A stretch of DNA of 64,000 nt. Origin: Candidatus Kryptoniota bacterium (GTDB lineage: Bacteria; Bacteroidota; Ignavibacteria; Kryptoniales; JAKASW01). The translations under genes were made by a program, and so were the position numbers. Where the stretch lies: NCBI GenBank assembly GCA_046706745.1, contig JBJKPC010000016.1, positions 95,561 through 159,560 on the forward strand, read 5' to 3'. Below, piece after piece: positions 18,806 to 28,996 of the stretch (positions within the stretch are counted from its first letter, which is position 1; every line of letters begins with the position of its first letter). Under the pieces are notes generated by a model that was not told the origin of the DNA, searched no databases, and was given only the letters and a program-made list of their open reading frames with translations.

Positions 18806-20284
18806 ATGAAATGGATATCGATCATCGTTCTCTATGCCTGCCTATTTGGCCAGGCGAGTGCCGGACCGCGTTCATACAATGCCTCCACATCGGATCGCTC
18901 CGCATCGCACAATATTTTCGCGATACGCCCGAACGGCGAATTACTGGCGCTTGCCACACGGGGCAAAACGGCGCATATCGGACAGGTTGATATAGCAGAA
19001 GAGCACGCGAGGCGAAGTCCCAGATGGGTCAGGGACGCAGTGATATATGAGGTCTATCCGCGCTCTTTCTCCAGAAGTGAGAGCTTGCTTTCTATAATCA
19101 AGAAAATCCCGGAGATCAAGAAGCTCGGTGTTACGGTCTTGTGGCTGATGCCTGTACACCCGATCGGAAAAGTTCACCGCAAGGGGCCGCTCGGTAGTCC
19201 CTATTCTGTGGAGAATTATTACAAGATAAACCCCGAATATGGTACGCTCTCCGATTTTAAGAGACTCGTAGAAGCCGTCCATGCCGAGGGTCTTCACGTC
19301 ATAATGGACCTGGTCGCCGACCATACGGCCTGGGACAATCCGTTGATCAAAGAGCATCCAGACTGGTATGTGCACGACAGTACGGGAAAAATCATCCCTC
19401 CGAATCCGGATTGGACGGATGTGGCCAAACTCAACTATGCGAATAAAGACCTGCGAAAGTACATGATTGATATGATGGAGTACTGGGTGAAAGACATCGG
19501 GGTCGACGGGTTCAGATGCGATGCGGCATGGATGGTCCCGCTCAGTTTCTGGGATGAGGCAAGGGCGGCGCTCGACAGAATCAAACCTGTAATGATGCTT
19601 GCTGAGGCATCCGTGCCGAAGCTGCAATTGAAGGCATTCGATCTTTCGTACTCGTGGAACATCTATAACGCATTGGGTAAGATATACAACGGCACTTCAC
19701 CTGCGACGACGATCGACAGTGCGCTCGAGCAGGAACGAAGGACATTTCCGATCGGCGCTCTTCGCATGAGATTCAACTCCAACCATGACGAGAATGTCAG
19801 CGTGGCTCCGGCCATCGAAAGATACGGCCCCGGAGGGGACAGCCTTACAACTGCACTCATCGCTACTCTGCCGGGTGTCCCGCTCATATACAATGGGGAG
19901 GAAGTCGGGAATCCCGAACGACTCAGCCTTTTCAAACAGGTTACGATTGACTGGAATGTAAAGAACGGTTTCAGAAATCTTTATGAGAAAATCTATTCTA
20001 TTCGCGCATCTCATCCCGAACTTGTAAGGGGATCGTTCAAGCCGCTTTCTACCACCGGCGGCAAGGAGGTCCTGTCCTACGAAAGGGAACTGAACGGCAA
20101 AATCGCCGTTTGCCTTTTCAACTTTTCAAAGACGTCATCAGGGCAGTTTAGGGTCGTCCTCCCCGGTCGGGTAATATCGAAAATGCAGGACGCGGTTAGC
20201 GGCAAAACATATCATGTCCATGACGGTGGGGTCGAGGTCTCGATGAAGGGCAACGGTTTCCTCATCCTCCTTTCGATCAAATAG
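18806..20284 (+). CDS. GH13 alpha-amylase-family enzyme with a signal peptide and no T9SS domain (probably periplasmic)
   Basis: Signal peptide MKWISIIVLYACLFGQASA from ATG 18806. GH13 regions: DLVADHTAWDN, GVDGFRCDAAWMV, MMLAEA, FNSNHDEN. Confidence 0.8.
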   Translation: MKWISIIVLYACLFGQASAGPRSYNASTSDRSASHNIFAIRPNGELLALATRGKTAHIGQVDIAEEHARRSPRWVRDAVIYEVYPRSFSRSESLLSIIKKIPEIKKLGVTVLWLMPVHPIGKVHRKGPLGSPYSVENYYKINPEYGTLSDFKRLVEAVHAEGLHVIMDLVADHTAWDNPLIKEHPDWYVHDSTGKIIPPNPDWTDVAKLNYANKDLRKYMIDMMEYWVKDIGVDGFRCDAAWMVPLSFWDEARAALDRIKPVMMLAEASVPKLQLKAFDLSYSWNIYNALGKIYNGTSPATTIDSALEQERRTFPIGALRMRFNSNHDENVSVAPAIERYGPGGDSLTTALIATLPGVPLIYNGEEVGNPERLSLFKQVTIDWNVKNGFRNLYEKIYSIRASHPELVRGSFKPLSTTGGKEVLSYERELNGKIAVCLFNFSKTSSGQFRVVLPGRVISKMQDAVSGKTYHVHDGGVEVSMKGNGFLILLSIK

Positions 20285-20564
20285 TTCCGCAGGTCCGCAA
20301 CTCCTTCGGTCATGCCCCCACATTCCTGGCGGGCATCTCCCTCACATCTCCCAAGCGGGTTTCCGGCCTAAGCTTTCGTGACGGCCGGCCGGGTTCCGCC
20401 CGAAGGCATATTCGGAAAATTCGGTTCTCCGGAAGGAGGTGACCTGAGCCGGTGAGCAGCCTCAAGATACGCCCCAAAATGCCGATAAATGAAATGGTAT
20501 TTGCCATGCAGTTTGCAAACAATCAGAAAAATACTATCGGGTATATATACCTTCAGGCCGTGAA

Positions 20565-23426
20565 ATGACTTCACCCGCACCTGCTGAACGGGTATCATCC
20601 AGTTTTCCCGGAGATATTCTATATCGGACACTCTTCGATCATTCGGCTTTCGGTGTCTTTGTTTCGGATCCGACCGGTCTCTGCCTTCAGGTTAATGAAA
20701 TGGCATGCACGATGCTTGGCTACTCTCGGGAAGAGTTCCTTGCACTGAGGTTAAGCGACCTTGTTCCTCAGGATGAGTTCCGTAAGGGGCGTCGGGTCTC
20801 CGAAGCATTGCCCGTCGCTCCGGGAACCTTCGGCGAGTGTAATCTCCTTCGCAAGGACGGTAGTGTTCTTCCGGCGGAAACTAACCTGCAACTTCTCCCT
20901 GGAAACAACGTGATGGCGGTCTTCCGCGATTTGAGCGGCCAAAGAAAGGCTGAAGAAGAAGTCCGGCATATATCCAGGCTTTATGCCACCCTGAGCCAGG
21001 TCAACCAAACGATCGTACGCGTGAAGGACAGAGGTGCCTTGTTCCGTGCAATTTGTGAAATCGCTCGTGAGTACGGCGGCTTTGATCTCGTAATGATCGG
21101 CACGCTTGACGAAAGTCGGACAAGGATAGCCCTCAGAGCGTTCAGCGGGCGAGCGAAGAGCAAACCTTACGATACCGTAGATATCAGCACTCCGCCCTTT
21201 GACAAAGGTCTATTGTCTCGGGCCGTGAAATCTGGGAAGGTGGTCACTATGGGTGAAGGGGGAGCCGAATATCGAAGTATCTTCTGGTACGAAGAAGCCT
21301 CTAAACACGATGTCAACTCAGTAGCTGCAGTTCCATTTTGCGTCGGGGATAACGTTGCGGGTGTCCTGAGTCTAGTGAGCGGGGAGTCGGATTATTTTGG
21401 GCAGAAGGAGGAGGCCCTCCTTGATGAGATAGGCATGGATATTTCCTTTGCGCTTGACATGATCGAATTGGAAGAGAAGCGTACGCGCACTGAGCACGCG
21501 CTGAAAGAAAGCGAAGAGCGGTATCGCTCAGTCTACGAAAATACACAGATCGGGCTCTACCGCACGAGGCGGGACGGTAAGGTCCTCATGGCCAATCCGG
21601 CTCTTGTCCGGATGCTCGGGCTCGAAAGTCCGGAACAATTGACCGGGCGTGACCTTTCGCAGGAAGGATCGGGACCGGGTTCTTCGCGAGCCGAATTTCT
21701 CCGGCGGGTCGAGAGGGACGGCGAGATTTCCGGGCACGAGAGTGCATGGACCAGACATGACGGTCGGGCGATGTATATAAGAGAGAGTGCGCGGGCGGTC
21801 CGCGACAAAGTCGGCAATACACTCTACTACGAAGGTACCGTCGAAGATATTACGGAACGTAAAATTGCGGAAAAGGCGCTCAGAACCAGCGAGGACCGTT
21901 TCAGGACTCTATTCGAGAATGCTCCGGTGTCTCTCTGGGAAGAGGATTTTTCGGAAGTGAAGAAGCGGCTTGATGAACTCAAGGAAACGGGCGTACGCGA
22001 CATACGCGAGCATCTCCGGAATAACATTCAAGGCCTTGTATCGATATTCGAATCCGCGAAAGTCTTGTCTGTGAACAAAACGACACTTTCCTTATACCAT
22101 GCCGCTTCCGTTCTCCAGTTAATGAGGATGTCTGATTCGGTCTCTGACCCGGAATCGGGCCCGGCTCATCTAGATACTCTCGCGGCGATATGGAACGGCG
22201 AGACGGCATATGAAACCGAAACTGTAATCAGAACCCTTACCGGTGAAGAGAGGCATGTGATTTTGCGCTGGCGAATCGTTCCGGGATTTGAAAGCGACTA
22301 CAGCAAGATGCTCGTTAGCATGTCGGACATAACTCCGCTAAGAAACTTCGAAAGAGAACTGGAAGATTCCCGTGAGATGTACCGCGAGCTTGTCGAGAAC
22401 ATCAACGAAGTTATATTTTCACTTGACAGAAATGGAAGACTGCTTTATGTCAGCCCTGCTTCCGAGAAGCACTTTGGGAAAGGGGTTAGGGCGTTGATGG
22501 GGGCTCATTTCAGCCGTTTCGTTTACCGCGACGACCTTCCCACAGTCATGAGACACGTGGAAGAACAGAGGAACGGCAATGGAAGTCCCTTCGAGTGCAG
22601 GCTTGTCCTGAAGGGAGGCAGGATAATGTGGGCCTATGTTCACCCTGTCGCTCTCTTTAAGATGGGACAGTTCATCGGGATCAGAGGATCTCTCCTGGAC
22701 ATCACGGAGAGAAAGGAAGCCGAGATGAGATCGTTTCGCCTCGGCGAACAACTTAGAGCACTTGCGTCGGGCCTACAGTCTGCCAGGGAAGAGGAACGAA
22801 TGTCGATAGCGCGCGAGATCCACGACGAGCTCGGGCAGGGACTTACGACCCTTAAGCTCGGGATTTCGCTTGTGCGGAGAAGTTTGCTTGAAAACCGATC
22901 GGGGAAAAAATTTCTTTCTGAAACGAATGAACTTCAGGAGCTTTCTCGCTCAGTCGATGATCTGGTAAACAGTGTCCGCAAAATCTCCGCTTCACTGAGA
23001 CCCGGAGTCCTCGACGAACTGGGACTCGCCGAGGCCATTCGATGGTATTCAGACCAGATGTCCAGGCAGTCTGGCATGAATTGCCAGGTCCGGATAAACC
23101 CTCAAAGGATCAAACTGGAAGAGAAGTTCTCCACCGTCCTTTTCAGAATTTGTCAGGAGGCTTTGACAAACGCCGTCAGGCATTCAGGGGCCGACAGAGT
23201 CGAAATCTCGCTGAGTAAGCGGCGCGGCATAGTGCGGCTCACAATCAAAGACAATGGCTGCGGCATTTCAGAGGAACAGATACAGGCGAAGAGCTCCATC
23301 GGAATTCTTGGCATGAAAGAAAGAGCTATGAGTATCGGAGGAGAACTGACGGTAAGCAGGTCCGGTTCGAAGGGGACCACCGTCAAGGTCGAGATCGAGT
23401 TGACAAATCAATCTTCAAACTCTTGA
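20565..23426 (+). CDS. Soluble multi-PAS/GAF sensor histidine kinase, HisKA_3 (NarX/DegS-type) transmitter
   Basis: No TM segment. At least four PAS-like segments (for example LYRTLFDHSAFGVFVSD, ERYRSVYENTQIGLYRT, DRFRTLFENAPVSLWEED, EMYRELVENINEVIFSLD) and one GAF-like segment. H-box REIHDELGQGLT; N-box EALTNAVRHSGA; G-boxes IKDNGCGI and GILGMKERA. Confidence 0.85.
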   Translation: MTSPAPAERVSSSFPGDILYRTLFDHSAFGVFVSDPTGLCLQVNEMACTMLGYSREEFLALRLSDLVPQDEFRKGRRVSEALPVAPGTFGECNLLRKDGSVLPAETNLQLLPGNNVMAVFRDLSGQRKAEEEVRHISRLYATLSQVNQTIVRVKDRGALFRAICEIAREYGGFDLVMIGTLDESRTRIALRAFSGRAKSKPYDTVDISTPPFDKGLLSRAVKSGKVVTMGEGGAEYRSIFWYEEASKHDVNSVAAVPFCVGDNVAGVLSLVSGESDYFGQKEEALLDEIGMDISFALDMIELEEKRTRTEHALKESEERYRSVYENTQIGLYRTRRDGKVLMANPALVRMLGLESPEQLTGRDLSQEGSGPGSSRAEFLRRVERDGEISGHESAWTRHDGRAMYIRESARAVRDKVGNTLYYEGTVEDITERKIAEKALRTSEDRFRTLFENAPVSLWEEDFSEVKKRLDELKETGVRDIREHLRNNIQGLVSIFESAKVLSVNKTTLSLYHAASVLQLMRMSDSVSDPESGPAHLDTLAAIWNGETAYETETVIRTLTGEERHVILRWRIVPGFESDYSKMLVSMSDITPLRNFERELEDSREMYRELVENINEVIFSLDRNGRLLYVSPASEKHFGKGVRALMGAHFSRFVYRDDLPTVMRHVEEQRNGNGSPFECRLVLKGGRIMWAYVHPVALFKMGQFIGIRGSLLDITERKEAEMRSFRLGEQLRALASGLQSAREEERMSIAREIHDELGQGLTTLKLGISLVRRSLLENRSGKKFLSETNELQELSRSVDDLVNSVRKISASLRPGVLDELGLAEAIRWYSDQMSRQSGMNCQVRINPQRIKLEEKFSTVLFRICQEALTNAVRHSGADRVEISLSKRRGIVRLTIKDNGCGISEEQIQAKSSIGILGMKERAMSIGGELTVSRSGSKGTTVKVEIELTNQSSNS

Positions 23427-23470
23427 CGGCGCTTACGATTACGAAATGATCAAGAAAAAGGCTTAGTATA

Positions 23471-24103
23471 TTGATTAGAGTACTTCTCATAGACGATCAT
23501 ACTATGTTCCGTCAGGGACTAAGAAGACTTATAGAGCACGAGGCCGATATGGAGGTGGTGGGGGAAGCATCGAACGGAGTAGAGGGGCTCGATTTCCTTA
23601 GAAGACTAGATGTGGACGTTCTCCTGCTTGATATTTCCCTCCCGGGAAAGAATGGCCTTGAAGTGCTTAAGGATGTAAAAGGCGAGCAAACAAGCCCGCA
23701 CGTTCTCATGCTGAGCATGCATCCAGAGGAGCGTTTTGGGGTCAGGGCATTAAAGGCGGGAGCGGATGGGTACCTGACCAAGGAAAGTGCGGCGGATGAA
23801 TTGGTGGAAGCGATACATAAAGTCGCCCGCGGCAGGAAGTACATACCGCAGCGTCTGGCCGAGGCGCTTGCAGAGGGTACTAGGCGGAACGACGGACAAG
23901 CGCCGCATGAAGCCTTGTCGGAACGGGAATTGACTGTAATGCTCCTCATAGGCGCCGGCAAGACTCCGACTGAAATCGCCGGCGAGCTGAACCTGAGTCC
24001 TCCGACAGTAAGCACATACAGGAAAAGAATTCTTACCAAGATGAGGATGGCAACCACCGTAGAAATCATGAAATACGTTCTGGAAAATCACCTTTCCGGC
24101 TAG
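23471..24103 (+). CDS. NarL/LuxR-family response regulator (REC + LuxR HTH)
   Basis: TTG start. REC motifs VLLIDDH and DVLLLDISLPGKNG. HTH segment LSERELTVMLLIGAGKTPTEIAGELNLSPPTVSTYRKRILTKM. Confidence 0.9.
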   Translation: MIRVLLIDDHTMFRQGLRRLIEHEADMEVVGEASNGVEGLDFLRRLDVDVLLLDISLPGKNGLEVLKDVKGEQTSPHVLMLSMHPEERFGVRALKAGADGYLTKESAADELVEAIHKVARGRKYIPQRLAEALAEGTRRNDGQAPHEALSERELTVMLLIGAGKTPTEIAGELNLSPPTVSTYRKRILTKMRMATTVEIMKYVLENHLSG

Positions 24104-24481
24104 ATTTGCACGCCTTTCCCGCCCCCGGAAGAGATTCAAGTCGCGCCTTCCTCCTGGTCCTGTCACATTTTTCCCCTCCCTTTTGTAGAACTCACTATGA
24201 CAAAGACTCATGCTGAAGTTCTACGACTGTTTGATATGCAATTCTATTTCCCGTCAAGTCGCTTGAACCGATCTTAGAGATGTAAACTCACGATGGTGTG
24301 AGGCTCAATCGAAAACAAGGTTGGGATCAAGAAGTAATTCGATTTAGGATGAACACGATTAAGCGGCAGATTTCGGAAATTGAGCGACAGAGAAAATGCG
24401 ATCGACCGAGGAGGCACCGTATTATGGCTAGCAACCCGGAGGCCGGCTCGGAAGTGTTTCAGAAGTCGTGGGAGGTTGAAC

Positions 24482-26986
24482 ATGGAAAGCGACCGGAATA
24501 ACAGGAAACCGTCGGGCGGATGGCGGAGCGTTGATGGGAGTATGCATGCAGCAATGCTGGACGAAGTGGCGGAAGGGGTGTTTGTCTGGGACAGGAGCGG
24601 TAGATGTATGGAGGTCAACCGCACGGGCTGTAATCTGCTGGGCTACAGAAGGGATGAGATTGTCGGGATATACTTCCTGGATTTGATTTACAAGGAGGAT
24701 CTGACCCGAAGCGTACTCAATTTTGACGGGGTCCTCCCCGGCGGAAGACAAGATCCGATCTGTGCGCATATGCAACGCAAGGATGGGACGCTTTTGCCGG
24801 TAGAGATAAAACAGAGACCTCTCGCGGACGGCAACGTCGTCGCATTGGTCAGCGACATAAGTTCCCTGAGAGCGGCCGAGGAGCGGGTCAGGAAAACAAG
24901 CCGATTGTCCGCGACTCTCAGAGGAATACATCATGTCATGGTCAGAGAAACGAACGATAACTCGCTCTTTGAATCGACCTGTGAGATTGCAGTCGACGTT
25001 GGAGGGTTCGGTTTGGCAACGATCGGTCTCTTGGATAATGAGGGATTGAATCTGAAAATGGTATCATGGACATCGGCCGACGGAAGCAATCCGTCGCGCA
25101 TGCCAATGAATATTGTAAGGCTTCCCTTCGAGGCGAACATCCTCAACGATGTAATCGCGACAGGGAAAGTGGCAACCACAACCGACCTTCAGTCGGTTCT
25201 CCGCCAGATGTACTCTGGTACGGAAACAAAGCTCCCATCGTTCACTTTGGGGGCCGGTATTCCGATTCGACGCAACGGGAGCGTTATCGGACTTCTCATC
25301 CTTGGAAGCGACGATACCAGGCCGATGAGCCGCGAAGAGAGGGCTATTCTGGAGGAAATCGGAGAGGAAATTTCCTTTGCTGTGGACGCCCTCGAACTTA
25401 GATCGGAAATGAGAGCATTGGGGGAACCCTCCTTGGAAAGGTTCATGAGCATCATGGATCGTCTTAGTGATACGGTCACAATACTCAACGGGGATGAAAA
25501 GATAATTTTCATATCCAGGGGATTGGAATCCATGATCGGCTACAACTCCGGAGAAATAACCGGTGGCTCTTTCAGGAATATTATATTCGAAGACGACAGA
25601 GAAACGGCCTCGCGTGAATTTGCGGAGATTCTCCAAACCGGCAAGAGCGTAGCTGCACTCGAGTTGAGGCTGAAGAGGAGAGACGGGCGTCTGGTGTACG
25701 TTGAGGTTGACGCTACTATTTATAAGAGCGGTTCGCTGACCGGAATAATGGCAGTATTGCGGGATGTCTCCGAACGAAAGAGGTCGGCAACCGAATCCAG
25801 GACTCTGGAAACAAACCGCGTGGAACGTGAACGTCAGTTACAACAGGCCCAGAGATTGGGAAGCATTGGAACCCTTGCCGGAGGAATCGCTCACGATTTC
25901 AATAACCTGTTCGGGATCATAATGGGATATTCAATGTTGCTGCGGAGAAAGAAACCCGACGAGGCGAAATTGGAGAAAGGGCTCGATTCTATTCAGAATG
26001 CTGCAGACCGCGGTGCAACTCTGGTGAAGCAACTCCTCACCATAGCGCGGAAGACTGAGACGGTGTTCTCGCCCCTCAATGTGAACGACATTGTCATCGA
26101 AGTAGCGAATAAACTGGAAGAGATTTTTCCTAAATCTATATCGATCTCAAAGACTTTGCAGGACAAAATTCCGACTGTACTGGCCGACTCGGGGCAACTA
26201 AATCAGGTTTTGATGAACCTCGGCATGAATTCAAAGGATGCGATGCCGGCGGGCGGGACTCTGTCAATATCCACCAAAGTTGCAGCCGGAGATTCGCTTA
26301 GAGCCGCGTATCCGGCTGTGGAGTCGGGAAGCTATGTCGTTCTTGAGGTGGCAGACGATGGGACTGGAATGAGCGAGGATACCAAGCACAGGATCTTCGA
26401 CCCGTTTTTCACGACAAAAATGCCCGGGAAGGGAACAGGTCTCGGATTGGCGCTGGTCTATTCGATCATGGAGAGTCATAGGGGATGGATCGATGTCGAA
26501 AGCGAGGAAGGCAGGGGAACGATCTTCAGTCTGTATTTCCCGGTCGATAGTCTGTCCGACGAAAAGGCATCGAGAAACCCTGAGGAACAATCGGAGGAGA
26601 TCAGGGGCGGGAGAGAGACCATCTTTGTGATCGAGGATGAGGAGATGCTTCAGGACATTATGAGAAATTTCCTTGCCCCGAAGGGATACAACGTGATCGG
26701 TGCCAGGGACGGCGAAGAAGCCCTTCAAATATACTCCGAACGTGCAAGGGAAATAGATCTTGTCGTTCTGGATCTCGGTTTGCCCAAGATTGACGGTGAG
26801 CAGGTAGTCGATCGGATATGGTCCATCCGACCCGGCGCGAAGGTGGTCGTGGCCAGCGGGTTTGTGGATTCGGAAACGCATGAGAAGCTATTGGGGGCCG
26901 GTGTCATCTCTTTTATTCCTAAGCCTTACTCACTCAGGCAGGTGCTTGGGACCGTGCGCGAAGCCCTTGATTTGAAGAGAAGGTAG
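24482..26986 (+). CDS. Soluble hybrid sensor histidine kinase (PAS-GAF-PAS-HisKA-HATPase-REC)
   Basis: H-box [14 protein letters not shown]; N-box [16 protein letters not shown]; G-boxes VADDGTGM and [16 protein letters not shown]-terminal REC: IFVIEDEEM...[14 protein letters not shown]. The ORF opens at 24380, but ATG 24482 (MESDRNN) is preferred. Confidence 0.85.
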   Translation: MESDRNNRKPSGGWRSVDGSMHAAMLDEVAEGVFVWDRSGRCMEVNRTGCNLLGYRRDEIVGIYFLDLIYKEDLTRSVLNFDGVLPGGRQDPICAHMQRKDGTLLPVEIKQRPLADGNVVALVSDISSLRAAEERVRKTSRLSATLRGIHHVMVRETNDNSLFESTCEIAVDVGGFGLATIGLLDNEGLNLKMVSWTSADGSNPSRMPMNIVRLPFEANILNDVIATGKVATTTDLQSVLRQMYSGTETKLPSFTLGAGIPIRRNGSVIGLLILGSDDTRPMSREERAILEEIGEEISFAVDALELRSEMRALGEPSLERFMSIMDRLSDTVTILNGDEKIIFISRGLESMIGYNSGEITGGSFRNIIFEDDRETASREFAEILQTGKSVAALELRLKRRDGRLVYVEVDATIYKSGSLTGIMAVLRDVSERKRSATESRTLETNRVERERQLQQAQRLGSIGTLAGGIAHDFNNLFGIIMGYSMLLRRKKPDEAKLEKGLDSIQNAADRGATLVKQLLTIARKTETVFSPLNVNDIVIEVANKLEEIFPKSISISKTLQDKIPTVLADSGQLNQVLMNLGMNSKDAMPAGGTLSISTKVAAGDSLRAAYPAVESGSYVVLEVADDGTGMSEDTKHRIFDPFFTTKMPGKGTGLGLALVYSIMESHRGWIDVESEEGRGTIFSLYFPVDSLSDEKASRNPEEQSEEIRGGRETIFVIEDEEMLQDIMRNFLAPKGYNVIGARDGEEALQIYSERAREIDLVVLDLGLPKIDGEQVVDRIWSIRPGAKVVVASGFVDSETHEKLLGAGVISFIPKPYSLRQVLGTVREALDLKRR

Positions 26987-27104
26987 ACGTCAAAGGCTGA
27001 TCGTTGAAGCCGCGGACCGGACCGCGCAGACTTGCCATCCTCCTAGGTGGGTTTGCGGCTGGGCCGGTTCGCGGCGATACTTGCCGTAACTACGGATCCT
27101 GCCG

Positions 27105-27653
27105 TCAATTCACGTATATCCAAATTTTTGATTTCTTCCCCATGTCGCGGATATACAAGATTCCCCCCGGTTCGAGAACCGATTCGATCTTGTCTATGTC
27201 CCGACCGGGATCTTTTGATCCGATCATGGCGAGAATAACACCCACCGCCTGTACGGACGCGGACCGCAGCTTCGTGACCTTAACCGCTCCTGTGCTGTCA
27301 GTGCTTTCGATGACGAGGAAGTTGTGTTCGTGGGTTCCTTTTTCCATCGGCTCCCTGAAGGTTCCTCCATAGATCTTTGTCTCTCCCCTTCCGATACTAT
27401 CGGGTATGTGCACCGTATTCCGAGTCCTATAGGCGTAAAGCAAGGTGTCGAACGTAACCTTTGTCCCGTTCAGGTCAAAATCGCCGCTGCCACCCGCAAT
27501 TGCTTTCGCCACATTGTAAGAAAGTCCGACCTTGCTGACGGCCTTACCGTTCTCAAATCTCTCGATCCAAACGCAACTGGTCTGGGAGAACGCGGTCCCA
27601 CTCAGGATTGTCAGTAGGGCGAGCGTTGACGAAATTGTAATTAGTGTTCGCAT
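27105..27653 (-). CDS. Small secreted hypothetical protein
   Basis: Signal peptide MRTLITISSTLALLTILSGTAFSQ from the internal ATG at 27653. No family recognised. Confidence 0.45.
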   Translation of the reverse strand: MRTLITISSTLALLTILSGTAFSQTSCVWIERFENGKAVSKVGLSYNVAKAIAGGSGDFDLNGTKVTFDTLLYAYRTRNTVHIPDSIGRGETKIYGGTFREPMEKGTHEHNFLVIESTDSTGAVKVTKLRSASVQAVGVILAMIGSKDPGRDIDKIESVLEPGGILYIRDMGKKSKIWIYVN

Positions 27654-27834
27654 TTTATTCCTCCGCTCAGTGGTTCTTTCTGCCGGCACACTCTTATCGC
27701 CAGAAGCGTGCATTACGCAGAATACGAACAGGTCGCCGAAAAGTTGCGGAAAAAGCATTTGCTCCGTATCTATCCGCGGCGCACGCCAGTTCTTTCCTTC
27801 TTGACTATCGGCACTCGTGAGAGGTTTTCGGCCT

Positions 27835-28800
27835 CTAAAAATGGATCGAAAACCCGACAGTCATGGGTGAGGCCTCCATAGTGAACGCACTCGCCGCAGT
27901 CGGGGTTATGCCTGAACCGGCTTGTCTGTTATAGACTCCTCGGTAGTATTTCCCGACCGTCGATCCAACGGCATAGGACATCAATGCCGCCGCAATGGCA
28001 TCCGAGAACCAATGCATTCCTCCTCTGTTTACGGACGAGACGGCAAATATCGTATAAGCCACGAGACCAAACCCCACGACTTTCAGCCATGTGCTTCGAG
28101 GATAATATCCTATGAGTGAAGCCACAACTGCCGTGGTCGTGGCTGTGTGTCCGGAGGGCCATCCCCAGAAAACTCCACCGCGCAGGAAACCGAACCTGAA
28201 CTTCTTGCTCAGCGTTTTCATATCGTCGTGGTGTCTCCAGTCGGGGCCCGGTCTGCCGGTTATCGCTTTCAAAGCCGTGTTGTACATAAGTTCTATCAAA
28301 CTTGCCTGGATCACCGCGAACGAAGCGCCGAGCGTTTCCTTGTCGTGTGTGGCTCCAGAATAGATGAGCAGTGATCCTCCCGTTATGAACGGTAGCAGCT
28401 CTCCCGTTATGAAAACTCCTCTGCCGAACTTTCCATATTCGGGATGAGTGTTGAAATAGTGCTCCACATCGTAATCCACATTTCCAGTGACAAGTATACA
28501 AGTTGACGCCACCGCGGCGAGATGGAGGTAAAGGTTGTTTCCTTTGAAGCTGTTCAGAATATTGTTTCCGAAATTGCCGAACAGGTTGAGTTCGGTTCCC
28601 TCAGTCCCCGAAGGCTGAGCGGAAATTGGGCGCACTGGGCCTGCCTTTGCAGTTGAGGCGGCTAAAGGGTAGGAACCCGAACTTGGGAAAAGCGAAATGC
28701 GCAAGTTTTGCGACGCGGAAAGAGTTTGACCCGCCGCCGGTTCAAGAGTGGTAGCCAAGACCATGACAACTATGATCGCAGTCTGCATTAAGTGTCTCAT
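27835..28800 (-). CDS. PAP2-superfamily (acid phosphatase / lipid phosphatase-like) membrane protein
   Basis: Signal peptide. PAP2-like motifs LKAITGRPGP, WPSGHT and NRGGMHWFSDAIAAA. Spacing differs slightly from the canonical K(X6)RP / SR(X5)H(X3)D. Confidence 0.6.
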   Translation of the reverse strand: MRHLMQTAIIVVMVLATTLEPAAGQTLSASQNLRISLFPSSGSYPLAASTAKAGPVRPISAQPSGTEGTELNLFGNFGNNILNSFKGNNLYLHLAAVASTCILVTGNVDYDVEHYFNTHPEYGKFGRGVFITGELLPFITGGSLLIYSGATHDKETLGASFAVIQASLIELMYNTALKAITGRPGPDWRHHDDMKTLSKKFRFGFLRGGVFWGWPSGHTATTTAVVASLIGYYPRSTWLKVVGFGLVAYTIFAVSSVNRGGMHWFSDAIAAALMSYAVGSTVGKYYRGVYNRQAGSGITPTAASAFTMEASPMTVGFSIHF

Positions 28801-28996
28801 TCAGTACCTGTGTCTCTTTCGTGAAAAATAACAATTCCACGGACAATATCGAGCGCTCGACGCGCGTTCCGGAGTAGTGGATAAATTCAGCAAGGGTGAC
28901 AATCATAAATGAACATGGCGATGTCTGAGACGCTCGATTCTTGGAAATGCCATCTTTCTTGTACCATAATTCCCGGTTTGATAAATTTGATTCAAC

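Noticed and set aside
28987-28995. The 9-bp palindrome TTGATTCAA immediately before the ROK gene start. It occurs again at 49664-49672, with a TGATTCAA direct copy at 49698-49705, upstream of rpiB, and as the related TTGATCAA upstream of nuoA (~54006).
   Set aside because: The motif was chosen post hoc. Two or three hits of a 9-mer in 64 kb are close to chance expectation. It is absent from the other chitin-locus intergenic regions where a ROK operator would be expected.
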